Shown in pieces: positions 36,267 to 46,766 of a DNA stretch of 49,490 bases. Origin of the DNA: an uncultured Bacilli bacterium. Its GTDB lineage: Bacteria > Bacillota_I > Bacilli_A > RF39 > UBA660. The notes under the pieces are model-generated. The model did no database searches. It was not told where the DNA came from and worked only from the letters and a program-made list of their open reading frames with translations. The translations under genes were made by a program, and so were the position numbers. The stretch spans positions 1 to 49,490 of the forward strand of contig CALVOO010000002.1 of NCBI GenBank assembly GCA_944350305.1, in the 5' to 3' direction. Within the stretch, counting starts at the first letter, position 1, and every line of letters begins with the position of its first letter.

Positions 36267-36938
36267 GTGGGACAAAAAGTACATCCAATAGGATTAAGAA
36301 TAGGAATTAATAAAGATTGGGAAAGCAAATGGTATGCACCAAACAAAGACTTCAAGAAAAACTTATTAACAGACATAAAAATTCGTGAATACCTAGAAAA
36401 AGTTCTTAAAAATTGTGCAGTTGCCAGCATAGTAATTGAAAGAAACAAAAAAAGAACTAACGTTATTATCAACACTTCAAAACCAGGCGTAGTCATCGGA
36501 CGTGGTGGAGAAGAAATCGAAAAACACAAAAAAGCATTATCAAAACTAACTGGTGAAGAAATATACATTTCAATAGTTGAAATCAAACAACCAGATTTAA
36601 ATGCAGCATTAGTTGCAGAAAACATTGCAACACAAATACAAAATAGAGTTTCATATAGAGTTGCTCAAAAAAGAGCTATAAGAAACACTATGAAAGCAGG
36701 AGCTAAAGGAATTAAAACTTTAGTATCTGGACGTTTAAATGGTGCTGAAATAGCAAGAAGTGAAGGATACACAGAAGGAACTGTACCACTACACACATTA
36801 AGAAGCGACGTAGATTATTCGCACAAAGAAGCTGATACAGTATATGGAAAAATCGGTGTAAAAGTTTGGATATATAAAGGAGAAATACTACCTGCTAAAG
36901 AAGGAGGTAAAAAGAATGTTAATACCAAAGAGAACTAA
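36267..36938 (+). CDS. rpsC: 30S ribosomal protein S3
   Basis: [13 protein letters not shown]... and a KH domain. GTG start after AAGGAGGA. The 3' end overlaps rplP by 23 nt. Confidence 0.95.
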   Translation: MGQKVHPIGLRIGINKDWESKWYAPNKDFKKNLLTDIKIREYLEKVLKNCAVASIVIERNKKRTNVIINTSKPGVVIGRGGEEIEKHKKALSKLTGEEIYISIVEIKQPDLNAALVAENIATQIQNRVSYRVAQKRAIRNTMKAGAKGIKTLVSGRLNGAEIARSEGYTEGTVPLHTLRSDVDYSHKEADTVYGKIGVKVWIYKGEILPAKEGGKKNVNTKEN

Positions 36939-37353
36939 ATATAGAAAACCTCATCGCCTTAGTTACGAAGGAAAAAGTAAAGGAAAAAATAAACTATCAT
37001 ATGGAGAATACGGATTAGTTGCAAAAGAAGGAGCGTACATAACAGCAAGACAAATAGAAGCAGCACGTATTGCAATGACTAGGGAAATGAAAAAATCAAA
37101 AAGAGGAAAAGTATGGATTAACATATTCCCTCACTTAGCTAGAACAAAGAAACCTTTAGAAGTTCGTATGGGAAGCGGAAAAGGTAATGTTGAAGAATGG
37201 GTAGCAGTTGTTAAAGAAGGAAAAATTATGTTTGAAATGGCTGATGTGCCTGAAGATATAGCTAGAGAAGCATTTCGTCTAGCTGGACATAAACTACCTA
37301 TCAAGACAAAATTCATAAAAAAAGAAGAAAGTGGTGAAGAAATTGAAAAATAG
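36916..37353 (+). CDS. rplP: 50S ribosomal protein L16
   Basis: [14 protein letters not shown]... is a canonical L16 sequence. Confidence 0.97.
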   Translation: MLIPKRTKYRKPHRLSYEGKSKGKNKLSYGEYGLVAKEGAYITARQIEAARIAMTREMKKSKRGKVWINIFPHLARTKKPLEVRMGSGKGNVEEWVAVVKEGKIMFEMADVPEDIAREAFRLAGHKLPIKTKFIKKEESGEEIEK

Positions 37354-37549
37354 TGAAATAAGAAAAATGACCACTGAAGACATAAATAAACTAATAAAAG
37401 AAACTAAAGAAGAACTATTCAACTTACGTTTAAGTCGTGCAACAGGATCTTTAGAAAAACCTCATAAGATTAAAGAACTAAGACACACAGTAGCAAGATG
37501 CAAAACAATCTTAAGAGAAAGAGAAAACGAGAAAGAGATGGTGGAGTAA
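37343..37549 (+). CDS. rpmC: 50S ribosomal protein L29
   Basis: From the TTG at 37343 the product (M)[28 protein letters not shown] aligns end to end with Bacillus L29 (MKANEIRDLTTAEI...). GTG 37331 and ATG 37367 remain possible starts. Confidence 0.85.
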   Translation: MKNSEIRKMTTEDINKLIKETKEELFNLRLSRATGSLEKPHKIKELRHTVARCKTILRERENEKEMVE

Positions 37550-37550
37550 T

Positions 37551-37808
37551 ATGGAAAAAGCTAAACAAGAATTAGTGGGAAAAGTAGTAAGCGACAAAAT
37601 GGACAAAACTATTGTTGTTGCCGTAGAAACATATAGAAAACATCCACTATACAAAAAAAGAATAAAATACACAAAGAAATACAAAGCACACGATGAAGAA
37701 AACAAAGCAAAAACTGGGGACACTGTTAAAATAATAGCAGCACGTCCATTATCAAAAACAAAAAGATACGTGTTAGATAGCATAGTAGAAGAAGCTATCA
37801 TACTATAG
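37551..37808 (+). CDS. rpsQ: 30S ribosomal protein S17
   Basis: [17 protein letters not shown]...KYKAHDE motif. Confidence 0.95.
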   Translation: MEKAKQELVGKVVSDKMDKTIVVAVETYRKHPLYKKRIKYTKKYKAHDEENKAKTGDTVKIIAARPLSKTKRYVLDSIVEEAIIL

Positions 37809-37823
37809 GAGGGAGACGATAAT

Positions 37824-38192
37824 ATGGTACAACCAGAAAGCCGTTTAAAAGTTGCCGATAACTCAGGTGCTCGTGAAATACTAGTAATAAGAGTATTAGG
37901 CGGAAGTTTTGTAAGAAGCGGAAATATAGGTGATGTAGTAGTTGGAACAGTAAAAAAAGCAATTCCAAACTCAAACATCAAAAAAGGAAAAGTAGTTAAA
38001 GCAGTAATCGTCAGAACTGTACAAGGAGTTAAAAGACCAGATGGAAGTCATATTAAGTTTGATGATAACGCATGCGTTTTAATAAAAGATGATAACAGTC
38101 CTGTAGGAACACGTGTTCTAGGACCAGTCGCTCGTGAACTACGTGATAAAGATTTCATGAAAATAGTTTCATTAGCGCCAGAAGTATTATAG
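37824..38192 (+). CDS. rplN: 50S ribosomal protein L14
   Basis: [18 protein letters not shown] motif. Confidence 0.97.
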   Translation: MVQPESRLKVADNSGAREILVIRVLGGSFVRSGNIGDVVVGTVKKAIPNSNIKKGKVVKAVIVRTVQGVKRPDGSHIKFDDNACVLIKDDNSPVGTRVLGPVARELRDKDFMKIVSLAPEVL

Positions 38193-38202
38193 GAGGATAT
38201 AC

Positions 38203-38496
38203 ATGAAAATTAAAGTTGGAGACAAAGTTAAAGTAATAACTGGATCGAACAAAGGTAAAGAAGGGAAAGTGCTAGAAATACTTCGCGATGAAAACAGAGT
38301 AGTAATCGAAGGAGTAAATCTAGTAAAAAAACATGTTAAGCCTAACGGACAAAACGAAACAGGAGGAATACTAGAAGTAGAAGCTCCTATTCATATATCA
38401 AACGTAAAAATATCAAAAGAAATAAAAGAAGAAAAAAAGACAACAAGCAAAAAAACAACAACAAAGAAAACAACAAAAAAAGAAAGTAAAAAGTAG
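38203..38496 (+). CDS. rplX: 50S ribosomal protein L24 with low-complexity K/T-rich C-terminus
   Basis: KOW motif ([20 protein letters not shown]). A KKTT-repeat tail follows IHISNV. Confidence 0.93.
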   Translation: MKIKVGDKVKVITGSNKGKEGKVLEILRDENRVVIEGVNLVKKHVKPNGQNETGGILEVEAPIHISNVKISKEIKEEKKTTSKKTTTKKTTKKESKK

Positions 38497-38504
38497 GTGA
38501 ACAT

Positions 38505-39044
38505 ATGGAAACATTAAAAGAATTATATGTTAAAGAAATAGTTCCTAATTTAATAGACAAATTCAAATACACTTCAAAAATGCAAGTACCAAAAATAGAA
38601 AAAATAGTACTTAATATGGGTGTAGGAGATGGAGCATCTGATTCAAAATACATAGATGCAGCAGTCAAAGAATTAGAAGTTATTGCCGGACAAAAACCAG
38701 TTGTAACAACAGCAAAAAAATCAATTGCAGGTTTCAAATTGCGTGAAGGAAATAAAATTGGTTGTAAAGTAACTTTAAGAGGAGAAAAAATGTATATCTT
38801 CTTAGAAAAATTAATTAAAATTGCTTTACCACGTGTACGTGATTTTCGTGGAATATCAAAAGGAAGTTTTGATGGACGTGGAAACTACACATTAGGAATT
38901 AAAGAACAATTAGTATTTCCAGAAGTTGATTACGATAAAGTAATTAAAGTTAGAGGATTAGACGTAGTAATTGTAACAACTGCAAAAACTAATGAAGAGG
39001 CACTAGAACTACTAAGTGGTTTTGGGTTACCTTTTAGAAAATAA
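38505..39044 (+). CDS. rplE: 50S ribosomal protein L5
   Basis: KIVLNMGVG... and [12 protein letters not shown] motifs. Confidence 0.97.
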   Translation: METLKELYVKEIVPNLIDKFKYTSKMQVPKIEKIVLNMGVGDGASDSKYIDAAVKELEVIAGQKPVVTTAKKSIAGFKLREGNKIGCKVTLRGEKMYIFLEKLIKIALPRVRDFRGISKGSFDGRGNYTLGIKEQLVFPEVDYDKVIKVRGLDVVIVTTAKTNEEALELLSGFGLPFRK

Positions 39045-39053
39045 GGAGGTAGC

Positions 39054-39239
39054 ATGGCAAAGACAAGTAAAATAGTAAGTCAAAAAAGAGGATCAAAGTT
39101 CAAAGTTCGTGAATACACAAGATGTGAAAGATGTGGAAGACCACACGGAGTATTAAGAAAATTTGGACTATGCCGTATATGTTTTAGAGAATTAGCATAT
39201 AAAGGACAAATACCAGGCGTTAAAAAGTCTAGTTGGTAA
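39054..39239 (+). CDS. rpsN: 30S ribosomal protein S14 type Z (zinc-binding)
   Basis: 61 aa with CxxC...CxxC (CERCGRP...CRIC). Confidence 0.95.
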   Translation: MAKTSKIVSQKRGSKFKVREYTRCERCGRPHGVLRKFGLCRICFRELAYKGQIPGVKKSSW

Positions 39240-39257
39240 GAAGGGAGGACTATAGTA

Positions 39258-39653
39258 ATGGTAAATGATACAATAGCTGATATGCTTACGAGAATACGTA
39301 ATGCAAATAGTATGAAATATGCAACTGTTGAAGTTCCAGCATCAAAAATGACAAAAGGAATAGCTGAGATTTTAACAAATGAAGGATATATTGAAAAATA
39401 CGAAAGTGTAAAAAACGGAAGTAGTGAAATACTAGTACTAACTTTAAAATATGGTTCAAAAAAAGAAAGGGTAATCTCTGGACTTAAAAGAATCAGCAAA
39501 CCAAGTTTAAGAGTATATGTAAAATCTGATGAAATGCCAAGAGTATTAAATGGACTTGGAATAGCTATAGTTTCTACTTCAAAAGGATTAATGACAGATA
39601 AGGAAGCAAGAAAACAAAACCTAGGTGGAGAAGTTCTTGCATACATTTGGTAA
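39258..39653 (+). CDS. rpsH: 30S ribosomal protein S8
   Basis: [13 protein letters not shown] motif. Confidence 0.97.
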   Translation: MVNDTIADMLTRIRNANSMKYATVEVPASKMTKGIAEILTNEGYIEKYESVKNGSSEILVLTLKYGSKKERVISGLKRISKPSLRVYVKSDEMPRVLNGLGIAIVSTSKGLMTDKEARKQNLGGEVLAYIW

Positions 39654-39665
39654 GGGGTGCTATTT

Positions 39666-40202
39666 ATGAGTAGAATAGGAAATAGAGAACTAATAATACC
39701 AGAAGGAGTAACAGTTACAGTTGATAACAACGTAGTAACAGTTAGTGGAAAATTAGGAACATTAAACTTAAACGTTAACCAAAACATAAAAGTAGAAATA
39801 AACGATAATAAAGTTACTACAAAACGTTTAAACGAAACAAAACAAGTAAAGCAATTACATGGTACAACAAATGCACTTATAAACAACATGATAAAAGGAG
39901 TAAGCGAAGGATTCAAAAAAGAACTAGAAATAGTCGGAGTTGGATACAAATTCCAAGCACAAGGAAATGTACTAACAATAAGTGCAGGTTATTCACATCC
40001 AGTTAAAATGGACGTTCCTGAAGGATTAAAGATAGAATGTCCATCTGTTACAGAACTAACAATAACAGGATATGACAAACAAAGAGTATCAGAATTTGCT
40101 GCATTAGTTAGAAAAGTAAGAGGACCAGAACCATATAAAGGAAAAGGAATACGTTATAAAGATGAATACATTAGACGTAAGGAAGGAAAGAAAGCTGCTT
40201 AG
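39666..40202 (+). CDS. rplF: 50S ribosomal protein L6
   Basis: MSRIGNREL.IPEGV... ATG at 39666 after AAGGGG. The track start at 39657 is a GTG. Confidence 0.95.
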   Translation: MSRIGNRELIIPEGVTVTVDNNVVTVSGKLGTLNLNVNQNIKVEINDNKVTTKRLNETKQVKQLHGTTNALINNMIKGVSEGFKKELEIVGVGYKFQAQGNVLTISAGYSHPVKMDVPEGLKIECPSVTELTITGYDKQRVSEFAALVRKVRGPEPYKGKGIRYKDEYIRRKEGKKAA

Positions 40203-40212
40203 GAGGTAAATT

Positions 40213-40566
40213 ATGATAAAAAAAGAATCAAGAAACAGTATGCGTATAAAAAGGCATAATCGTATAAGAAAAAACTTGAGCGGTACTAAAGAATTACCAA
40301 GACTAAATGTATTTAGAAGCAATACAAACATGTATGCGCAAATAATAGATGATGAAACAGGTAAAACTTTAGTAAGCACTTCTTCACTAGAATTAAAGTT
40401 AGACAAAAACAATATTGAAACTGCTAAAAAAGTTGGAGAAAGCATAGCAAAAAAAGCAATAGAAGCAAAAATAACTGAAGTAGTTTTTGATAGAAGTGGA
40501 TACTTATATCATGGACGTATAAAAGCCCTAGCAGAATCTGCTAGAGAAGCAGGATTAAAATTCTAA
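40213..40566 (+). CDS. rplR: 50S ribosomal protein L18
   Basis: [19 protein letters not shown] and [10 protein letters not shown] motifs. Confidence 0.95.
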   Translation: MIKKESRNSMRIKRHNRIRKNLSGTKELPRLNVFRSNTNMYAQIIDDETGKTLVSTSSLELKLDKNNIETAKKVGESIAKKAIEAKITEVVFDRSGYLYHGRIKALAESAREAGLKF

Positions 40567-40577
40567 GGGAGGTAAGC

Positions 40578-41114
40578 ATGGAAAAAAACGATAAAGAAAG
40601 AAAACCAAGAAAAGAATTTAACAAAAATTATGAAAAGAAAAGTCCATACGAAGAAAAAGTAATCTCAATAAGCCGTGTATCAAAAACAACAAAAGGCGGA
40701 CGTTCAATGAGATTTTCAGCAACAGTTGCTGTAGGTGACAGAAAAGGAAGAGTAGGACTAGGAACAGGGAAAGCAAACGAAGTACAAGCAGCAATAAGTA
40801 AAGCAATAAAATCAGCTGAAAAAAATGTAATAAGAGTTGATTTAGTAGATAACCGTACACTTTCACATGAAGTAACAGGTGTATGTGGAGCTGCAAAAGT
40901 ATTAATTCGTCCAGCAAAAGAAGGACGTGGAATAGTTGCTGGAGGACCAGTACGTAACGTGCTAGAACTAGCTGGAGTAAAAGACATAGTTTCAAAATCC
41001 CTTGGAAGTAACACCCAAATTAACACTGCAAGAGCAACAATGGATGCACTAAAACAACAAAAAAGCAGAGCACACATTGCAAATCTTCGTGGTAAAAAAG
41101 TGGAGGAAATATAG
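40578..41114 (+). CDS. rpsE: 30S ribosomal protein S5
   Basis: ISISRVSKTTKGGR and GLGTGKANEV motifs. Has a K/E-rich N-terminal extension. Confidence 0.95.
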   Translation: MEKNDKERKPRKEFNKNYEKKSPYEEKVISISRVSKTTKGGRSMRFSATVAVGDRKGRVGLGTGKANEVQAAISKAIKSAEKNVIRVDLVDNRTLSHEVTGVCGAAKVLIRPAKEGRGIVAGGPVRNVLELAGVKDIVSKSLGSNTQINTARATMDALKQQKSRAHIANLRGKKVEEI

Positions 41115-41116
41115 TT

Positions 41117-41560
41117 ATGAAGTTAAATGAACTAAAGACACAAGTTGGTGCTACTCACAAAAGAAAAATAGTTGGAAGAGGTCCAGGAAGCGGAATGGGA
41201 AAAACTTCAACACGTGGAGAAAAAGGACAAAAAGCACGTTCAGGTGCAAGCATTCCAGTATATTTTGAAGGAGGACAAAATCCACTATACAAAAGAGTAC
41301 CAAGAAGAGGATTTAATAACAAAAGATTTACAGTTAGATACAACATTGTTAACGTAGGAAGTTTAAATAGATTTGAAGACGGAACAGTAGTTACAAAAGA
41401 ATTACTAAAAGAAAGCGGATTAATTGGAAAAGAATTAAAAGGTTTAAAAATATTAGGAAGCGGAGAACTAACTAAAAAATTAACAGTAAAAGCAAACGTA
41501 TTTACAAATACAGCAATAAATAAAATAGAAGAGTTAGGTGGGAAAGCTGAGGTGATCTAA
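41117..41560 (+). CDS. rplO: 50S ribosomal protein L15
   Basis: MKLNELK... and GRGPGSGMGKTSTRG motifs. It starts 2 nt after the rpsE stop, so no rpmD lies between them. Confidence 0.95.
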   Translation: MKLNELKTQVGATHKRKIVGRGPGSGMGKTSTRGEKGQKARSGASIPVYFEGGQNPLYKRVPRRGFNNKRFTVRYNIVNVGSLNRFEDGTVVTKELLKESGLIGKELKGLKILGSGELTKKLTVKANVFTNTAINKIEELGGKAEVI

Positions 41561-42820
41561 GTGTTTAAAACATTTAGACAAATATTTAAAAAAACCAATA
41601 AAGATCTTAGAAACAGAGTCTTATACACACTAGGTGCCCTAGTAATATTTTGTTTAGGTAACACAATAACTGTACCAGGAATGAAAGAAATTACAGGAGA
41701 CTTAGGATTTCTAGAACTATTAAATGCAATGAGTGGTGGGGGACTAAAACAATTTTCAATATTTGCTTTAGGTATCACACCATATATCACAGCATCAATC
41801 ATAATACAATTATTCCAAATGGATATAATGGGGATCCCATACTTCAAAGAACTTAGAGAAATGGGAGAAGAAGGAAGAAGAAAAATAAACAAAATAACTA
41901 GATACATAGGTATAGGATTTGCCTTTGTAGAAAGTTATATATACACAGCAATGTTTATGGGTTCAGCAGGATTAGAACCAGTTGAATATGTTAAAATAGC
42001 AATAATATTAACTGCAGGAACAGCATTCCTATTATGGTTAGGAGACCAAATAACAAACAAAGGAATTGGAAACGGCATATCATTAATAATAATGGCAGGT
42101 ATTATAACAACAATGCCATCAATGTTAATAGAAGCATACAAATCATTAGTAGGAGGCAACACAAACTTATACATAGGGATTTTATCTTATGTAATTTACA
42201 TAATACTATATATTGCGATAATAGTAGGAGTAATATATGTACAAGAAGCACAAAGAAGAATACCTATACAATATTCAAATAGAACTGTATCAGCATACGG
42301 CGGAAGACAAACATACTTACCGCTTAGATTAAACTCAGCAGGAGTAATTCCAGTAATATTTGCTTCAGCAGTACTTGCAATACCAACTACACTAACATAT
42401 TTCATAAAAAGTGAAAATTTCCAATTATTTGTGACAAAATATTTGACGACAACAACACCAATAGGATTTATAGTATACATATTACTAATATTTATATTTG
42501 TATACTTCTACACATATTTAGCAGCAGTGAATCCAGAAGATTTATCTAAAAATCTAAATAAAAACGGTGGATATATTCCTGGAATAAGACCAGGTAAAGA
42601 AACAAGCGATTACATAAGTAAAGTTTTATCAAGAATAACATTTATGGGAGGAATATTCCTAGCAATAATCGCAGCATTACCAATAGTATTTAGTTGGATA
42701 TCAGATATGCCAAGCATAGTAACACTTGGAGGAACAAGCATACTAATTGTAGTCGGGGTATTATTAGAAACATATAAACAAATAGAAAGCTCAGTGGCTA
42801 GCCGAGCATATAAGAGGTAA
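41561..42820 (+). CDS. secY: preprotein translocase subunit SecY
   Basis: 419 aa with 10 TM segments. ITVPGM, GGLKQFSIFALGITPYITASII and a C-terminal QIES motif. GTG start. Confidence 0.95.
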   Translation: MFKTFRQIFKKTNKDLRNRVLYTLGALVIFCLGNTITVPGMKEITGDLGFLELLNAMSGGGLKQFSIFALGITPYITASIIIQLFQMDIMGIPYFKELREMGEEGRRKINKITRYIGIGFAFVESYIYTAMFMGSAGLEPVEYVKIAIILTAGTAFLLWLGDQITNKGIGNGISLIIMAGIITTMPSMLIEAYKSLVGGNTNLYIGILSYVIYIILYIAIIVGVIYVQEAQRRIPIQYSNRTVSAYGGRQTYLPLRLNSAGVIPVIFASAVLAIPTTLTYFIKSENFQLFVTKYLTTTTPIGFIVYILLIFIFVYFYTYLAAVNPEDLSKNLNKNGGYIPGIRPGKETSDYISKVLSRITFMGGIFLAIIAALPIVFSWISDMPSIVTLGGTSILIVVGVLLETYKQIESSVASRAYKR

Positions 42821-42822
42821 AA

Positions 42823-43473
42823 ATGAATAATATACTATTTATTGCACCACCAGCTGCTGGAAAAGGAACTTTTTCAGAACTAATTAAAGAAAAATACGGA
42901 TATTTACACATATCCACAGGAGATTTATTAAGGGAAGAAGTAAAAAGTGGATCTGATTTAGGCAAAGAACTATCAGAAATAATGTCTAGTGGAAAATTAG
43001 TTAGCGACGAATTAATAAAAAAAATGTTAGAAAACAAATTAACAACATTAGACAAAAACAAACCATTTATAATGGACGGATATCCTAGAACACTTGATCA
43101 AGTAAAAGATTATGAAGAGATTCTTGAAAAACTAGGATTAAATATTGGCAAAGCAATATATTTAAAAATAGATAAGGAAACTGGTTTAAAAAGAGTACTT
43201 GGAAGACTAACATGTCCAAAGTGTAAAAAAGGATATAACAAATTAACAGGTTACAATATGCCAAAAGTTGAATGGATTTGTGACGATTGCAAAGTAGAAC
43301 TAGAAAGTAGAGTTGATGACACCGAAGAAGCGTACAACATCAGATATGACACATATATGAAAGAAACAAAACCAATAATAGAATACTTTAAAAGCAAAAA
43401 CAATCTAATAGAAATCGATTCGACATTAGATGCAGATTCTACTATGAAAGAGATAGAAAAATGGTTAGTATAA
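42823..43473 (+). CDS. adk: adenylate kinase (zinc-lid type)
   Basis: P-loop APPAAGKGT. The lid carries CPKC...CDDC. Confidence 0.95.
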   Translation: MNNILFIAPPAAGKGTFSELIKEKYGYLHISTGDLLREEVKSGSDLGKELSEIMSSGKLVSDELIKKMLENKLTTLDKNKPFIMDGYPRTLDQVKDYEEILEKLGLNIGKAIYLKIDKETGLKRVLGRLTCPKCKKGYNKLTGYNMPKVEWICDDCKVELESRVDDTEEAYNIRYDTYMKETKPIIEYFKSKNNLIEIDSTLDADSTMKEIEKWLV

Positions 43474-44207
43474 AAACAAAAGAAGAAATAGAAAAAATAA
43501 ATATTGCAGGGACAGTAGTATATAACGTTTTAGAACTGATGAAAACATCAATAAAACCTGGAATAACAACTGAAAAGCTAAATGAAATAGCTGACAAATA
43601 CATAAGAGATAACAAATGCACACCGTCATTTTTAAACTATGATGGATATCCAAAAAGCGTATGCATATCAATAAACGATGAAGTAGTGCATGGAATTCCA
43701 GGAAAAAGAAAGATTAAAAATGGAGATATAGTAAAAGTTGATGTTGGAGCATGTTATAAAGGATATCACGCTGACTCTGCAAGAACATACATTGTAGGTA
43801 AAACTACTAATGAAATAAAAGAACTAGTAGAAAATACAGAAAAAGCACTTTATAAAGGACTAAGTGTAATTAAAGAGGGAATAAAATTAAACGAAGTATC
43901 TAAAGCAATAGAAAGTGTTGCAAAAGAAAAAGGATACGGAGTAATAAGAGAATTAACTGGGCATGGAATAGGAACTGTTGTACATGAAGACCCGTACATA
44001 TTTAACTATGAAAACGATGAATCAGAGTTAATATTAAAAGAAGGAATGACACTTGCAATTGAACCGATGTTCAGTTTAAAAAAAAGACACATATGGATGT
44101 TAGAAGATGGTTGGACAATAACTACACAAGACGGAAGTGTAGCAGCACACTTTGAACATACCATAGTAGTAACCAAAGAAGGTTACAAAATACTAACAGG
44201 AGAGTGA
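43461..44207 (+). CDS. map: type I methionine aminopeptidase
   Basis: VHGIP, D(V)GA, HGIG and EP metal-ligand contexts. 248 aa. Confidence 0.95.
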   Translation: MVSIKTKEEIEKINIAGTVVYNVLELMKTSIKPGITTEKLNEIADKYIRDNKCTPSFLNYDGYPKSVCISINDEVVHGIPGKRKIKNGDIVKVDVGACYKGYHADSARTYIVGKTTNEIKELVENTEKALYKGLSVIKEGIKLNEVSKAIESVAKEKGYGVIRELTGHGIGTVVHEDPYIFNYENDESELILKEGMTLAIEPMFSLKKRHIWMLEDGWTITTQDGSVAAHFEHTIVVTKEGYKILTGE

Positions 44208-44211
44208 TAGA

Positions 44212-44427
44212 ATGGCAAAAGAAGGTTATATTGAACTTGAAGGTAAAGTATTAGAAGTTATCCCAGGCGGAGACTTCAAAGTGAAACTCGAGAACGGTCA
44301 TATTGTAGAAGCCCGCGTTTCTGGAAAAATGCGTCAAAACCTTATCCGTATCTTTCCAGGCGATACAGTATTGCTCGAGATTCCAACATGTGATTTAACA
44401 CGTGGGCGAATAATTTATAGAAAATAA
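44212..44427 (+). CDS. infA: translation initiation factor IF-1
   Basis: S1-fold: FKVKLENGH...VSGKMR...[10 protein letters not shown]. Confidence 0.95.
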   Translation: MAKEGYIELEGKVLEVIPGGDFKVKLENGHIVEARVSGKMRQNLIRIFPGDTVLLEIPTCDLTRGRIIYRK

Positions 44428-44439
44428 TGGAGGGTAGAA

Positions 44440-44553
44440 ATGAAAGTAAGACCATCAGTTAAAAAAATATGCGACAAATGTAAAATAATTAAAAGAAAAG
44501 GTGTTGTTAGGGTTATTTGTGAAAATCCAAAACACAAACAAAGACAAGGTTAG
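44440..44553 (+). CDS. rpmJ: 50S ribosomal protein L36
   Basis: Manual translation gives [37 protein letters not shown] (37 aa). SD GGAGGG. Below the ORF-track cutoff. Confidence 0.95.
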   Translation: MKVRPSVKKICDKCKIIKRKGVVRVICENPKHKQRQG

Positions 44554-44561
44554 GAGGATTT

Positions 44562-44927
44562 ATGGCACGTATTAAAAATATAGATTTACCAAACGACAAA
44601 AGAATCGTTGTAGCACTTACATATATTTATGGTATAGGTCCAAGCCGTGCAAAGAAAATATGTGAAGATGCAGGAATAAGTGAAGACATAAGAGCAAAAG
44701 ATCTTACTGTAGAAGACGTTAATAAACTAAGAGCAGAAGCAGACAAATATGTATTAACAGGTGACTTAAAAAGAGAAGTTGAAATGAATATTAAGACAAA
44801 AATGGAAATCAACTCATATCAAGGAACAAGACACAAAAAAGGATTACCTGTTAGAGGACAAAGAACAAGTAGGAACGCAAGAACTCGTAAAGGTAAAGCT
44901 AAAACAATAGCTAATAAGAAGAAATAG
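44562..44927 (+). CDS. rpsM: 30S ribosomal protein S13
   Basis: [10 protein letters not shown]...LTYIYGIG motif. Confidence 0.97.
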   Translation: MARIKNIDLPNDKRIVVALTYIYGIGPSRAKKICEDAGISEDIRAKDLTVEDVNKLRAEADKYVLTGDLKREVEMNIKTKMEINSYQGTRHKKGLPVRGQRTSRNARTRKGKAKTIANKKK

Positions 44928-44940
44928 GAGGGACTAAAGA

Positions 44941-45324
44941 ATGGCATACAATAGAAGAAAAAGAAAAGTCAAGAAAGATGTAACTATTGGTCAAGCCCAT
45001 ATACATGCAACATTCAATAATACAATAGTTACGATTACAGATGAAAACGGAAACGTAGTGAGTTGGTCATCTGCTGGTAACCTTGGATATAAAGGTAGTA
45101 AAAAGAAAACGCCATTTGCTGCTGGGCAAAGTGCTGAGGCTGCAGGAAGAGTTGCAGTGGACAATGGTATGAAAAAAGTTGAAGTTTTTGTAAAAGGAAT
45201 TGGTGCAGGTAGAGAAACTGCAATTAGATCACTTCAAACTGCAGGACTTGAGATAACTGGGATTACAGATGTAACACCAATACCACATAATGGATGCAGA
45301 CCACCTAAGAGAAGACGTATGTAA
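44941..45324 (+). CDS. rpsK: 30S ribosomal protein S11
   Basis: [15 protein letters not shown] and [15 protein letters not shown] motifs. Confidence 0.97.
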   Translation: MAYNRRKRKVKKDVTIGQAHIHATFNNTIVTITDENGNVVSWSSAGNLGYKGSKKKTPFAAGQSAEAAGRVAVDNGMKKVEVFVKGIGAGRETAIRSLQTAGLEITGITDVTPIPHNGCRPPKRRRM

Positions 45325-45343
45325 TTAGGAAGGGGAAAGAAAA

Positions 45344-46294
45344 ATGTTAAGATTTGAAAAGCCAGAATACAAAGTAGTAGAATATGTTGAAAACAATTTT
45401 TATGGAAAATTTGAACTAGAACCATTAGAAAAAGGTTTTGGAACAACAATTGGAAATGCATTAAGAAGAGTAATGTTATCAAACTTACCAGGAAGCGCTG
45501 TTACAAGTATAAAAATAGAAGGCGTAATGCATGAATTCCAAAAAATAGATGGTATAGTAGAAGATGTTACTGAAATAATTTTAAACTTAAAAAATTTAGT
45601 AGTTAAAAATTATTCTGAAAGCGACAAAGTATTGCATTTAAAGAAAGACAAAGAAGGAGTAGTAACTGCTAAAGACATAGAAAAAGACGCAGACGTTGAA
45701 ATCGTAAATGAAGATTTAGTAATAGCAACAATATCCAAAGGTGGAAGTCTAGATATGGAATTAACAGTATCTAATGGAAGAGGATATGTTGACGCTAAAA
45801 CAAATAAAAAGTTATTAAAGAAAGACGAAATAGGAGTAATAGCAATAGATTCATTATACAGTCCAATTGAAAGAGTAAGTTATGAAGTAGAACCTGCACG
45901 TGTTGGACAAAGTGAGGACTATGACAAATTAGTACTTAACGTATGGACAAACGGATCAATTAAACCAGAAGAAGCTATTGCATTAGCTAGTAGAATACTA
46001 ATAGAGCATTTTGAAGTAATAACAAAAATAAATAAAATAGCAGATATGACAGGATTATTAGCTGATAAAGAAGATGATCCAATTACAAAAACATTAGAAA
46101 CACCAATAGAAGAATTAGACCTATCTGTTAGAGCATATAATTGCTTAAAAAGAGCAGCAATACACAATCTATCTGATTTAACGTCAATGTCAGAAACTGA
46201 AATGATGAAAATTAGAAATCTTGGCAAAAAATCATTAAAAGAAGTAATAGATAAAATAAAAGACATGGGATTGAAATTCCGTGACGAAGAGTAG
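45344..46294 (+). CDS. rpoA: DNA-directed RNA polymerase subunit alpha
   Basis: GFGTTIGNALRRVMLS N-terminal domain and a C-terminal domain with LSVRAYNCLKRA. Confidence 0.97.
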   Translation: MLRFEKPEYKVVEYVENNFYGKFELEPLEKGFGTTIGNALRRVMLSNLPGSAVTSIKIEGVMHEFQKIDGIVEDVTEIILNLKNLVVKNYSESDKVLHLKKDKEGVVTAKDIEKDADVEIVNEDLVIATISKGGSLDMELTVSNGRGYVDAKTNKKLLKKDEIGVIAIDSLYSPIERVSYEVEPARVGQSEDYDKLVLNVWTNGSIKPEEAIALASRILIEHFEVITKINKIADMTGLLADKEDDPITKTLETPIEELDLSVRAYNCLKRAAIHNLSDLTSMSETEMMKIRNLGKKSLKEVIDKIKDMGLKFRDEE

Positions 46295-46302
46295 GAGGCA
46301 TT

Positions 46303-46647
46303 ATGGCATTATATAGAAAATTAAATAGAGAAACAAAAGTTAGAAGAAGCATACTTTCTGGTTTAACAAAAGACTGCATTCTACATGAAAAAGTTGAAAC
46401 AACTGAAGAAAGAGCAAAAGAAGCAAAAAAATTTGTTGATAAAATGATTACATATGCAAAAAAAGGAGATTTAATTTCTAGAAGAAAGGCACTAGCATTT
46501 TTAGAAAATGATACTGAAGCAACAAAGAAATTATTTGAAACTTTAAGCATACGTTATAAAGACAGAAACGGTGGATACACTAGAATCATAAAATTAAAAG
46601 AAAGACGCGGAGATGACGCATTAATCGTAAGATTAGAATTAGTATAA
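46303..46647 (+). CDS. rplQ: 50S ribosomal protein L17
   Basis: KLNRETKVRRSIL... and GGYTRI motifs. Last gene of the alpha operon. Confidence 0.95.
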   Translation: MALYRKLNRETKVRRSILSGLTKDCILHEKVETTEERAKEAKKFVDKMITYAKKGDLISRRKALAFLENDTEATKKLFETLSIRYKDRNGGYTRIIKLKERRGDDALIVRLELV

Positions 46648-46676
46648 AGGCATAGAAATATGCTTTTATTTTTTTG
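46647..46676 (+). terminator. rho-independent terminator after rplQ
   Basis: AGGCATA, loop GAAA, TATGCTT (7 bp with one G-U), followed by TTATTTTTTT. Confidence 0.55.
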
Positions 46677-46766
46677 TAAAAGAAATTGTGAAATATTGAT
46701 ATAACATCTTTTAATAAACAATCAAATATGATATATTATAACTAAAGAATAAGTGAGGAGAACAAA

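Noticed and set aside
44212-44427. infA looked G+C-richer, with two CTCGAG sites, which suggested possible foreign origin.
   Set aside because: A manual count gives about 39% G+C for infA, and a 60-nt sample of the neighbouring map gene is about 40%. There is therefore no compositional anomaly. The same caution applies to the 556-aa ORF, whose first 60 nt are about 30% G+C, within the range of host genes.
33075-46550. Many 60-290-aa minus-strand ORFs across the ribosomal superoperon, for example 39080-39949 (289 aa), 37511-37981, 35803-36204, 36239-36625, 40628-41077 and 46212-46550.
   Set aside because: All lie antisense to, or out of frame with, unmistakable conserved r-protein, secY or rpoA genes. 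Their products are low-complexity (S/F/L/I-rich), with no SDs and no motifs. They are a typical artefact of stop-poor antisense frames.
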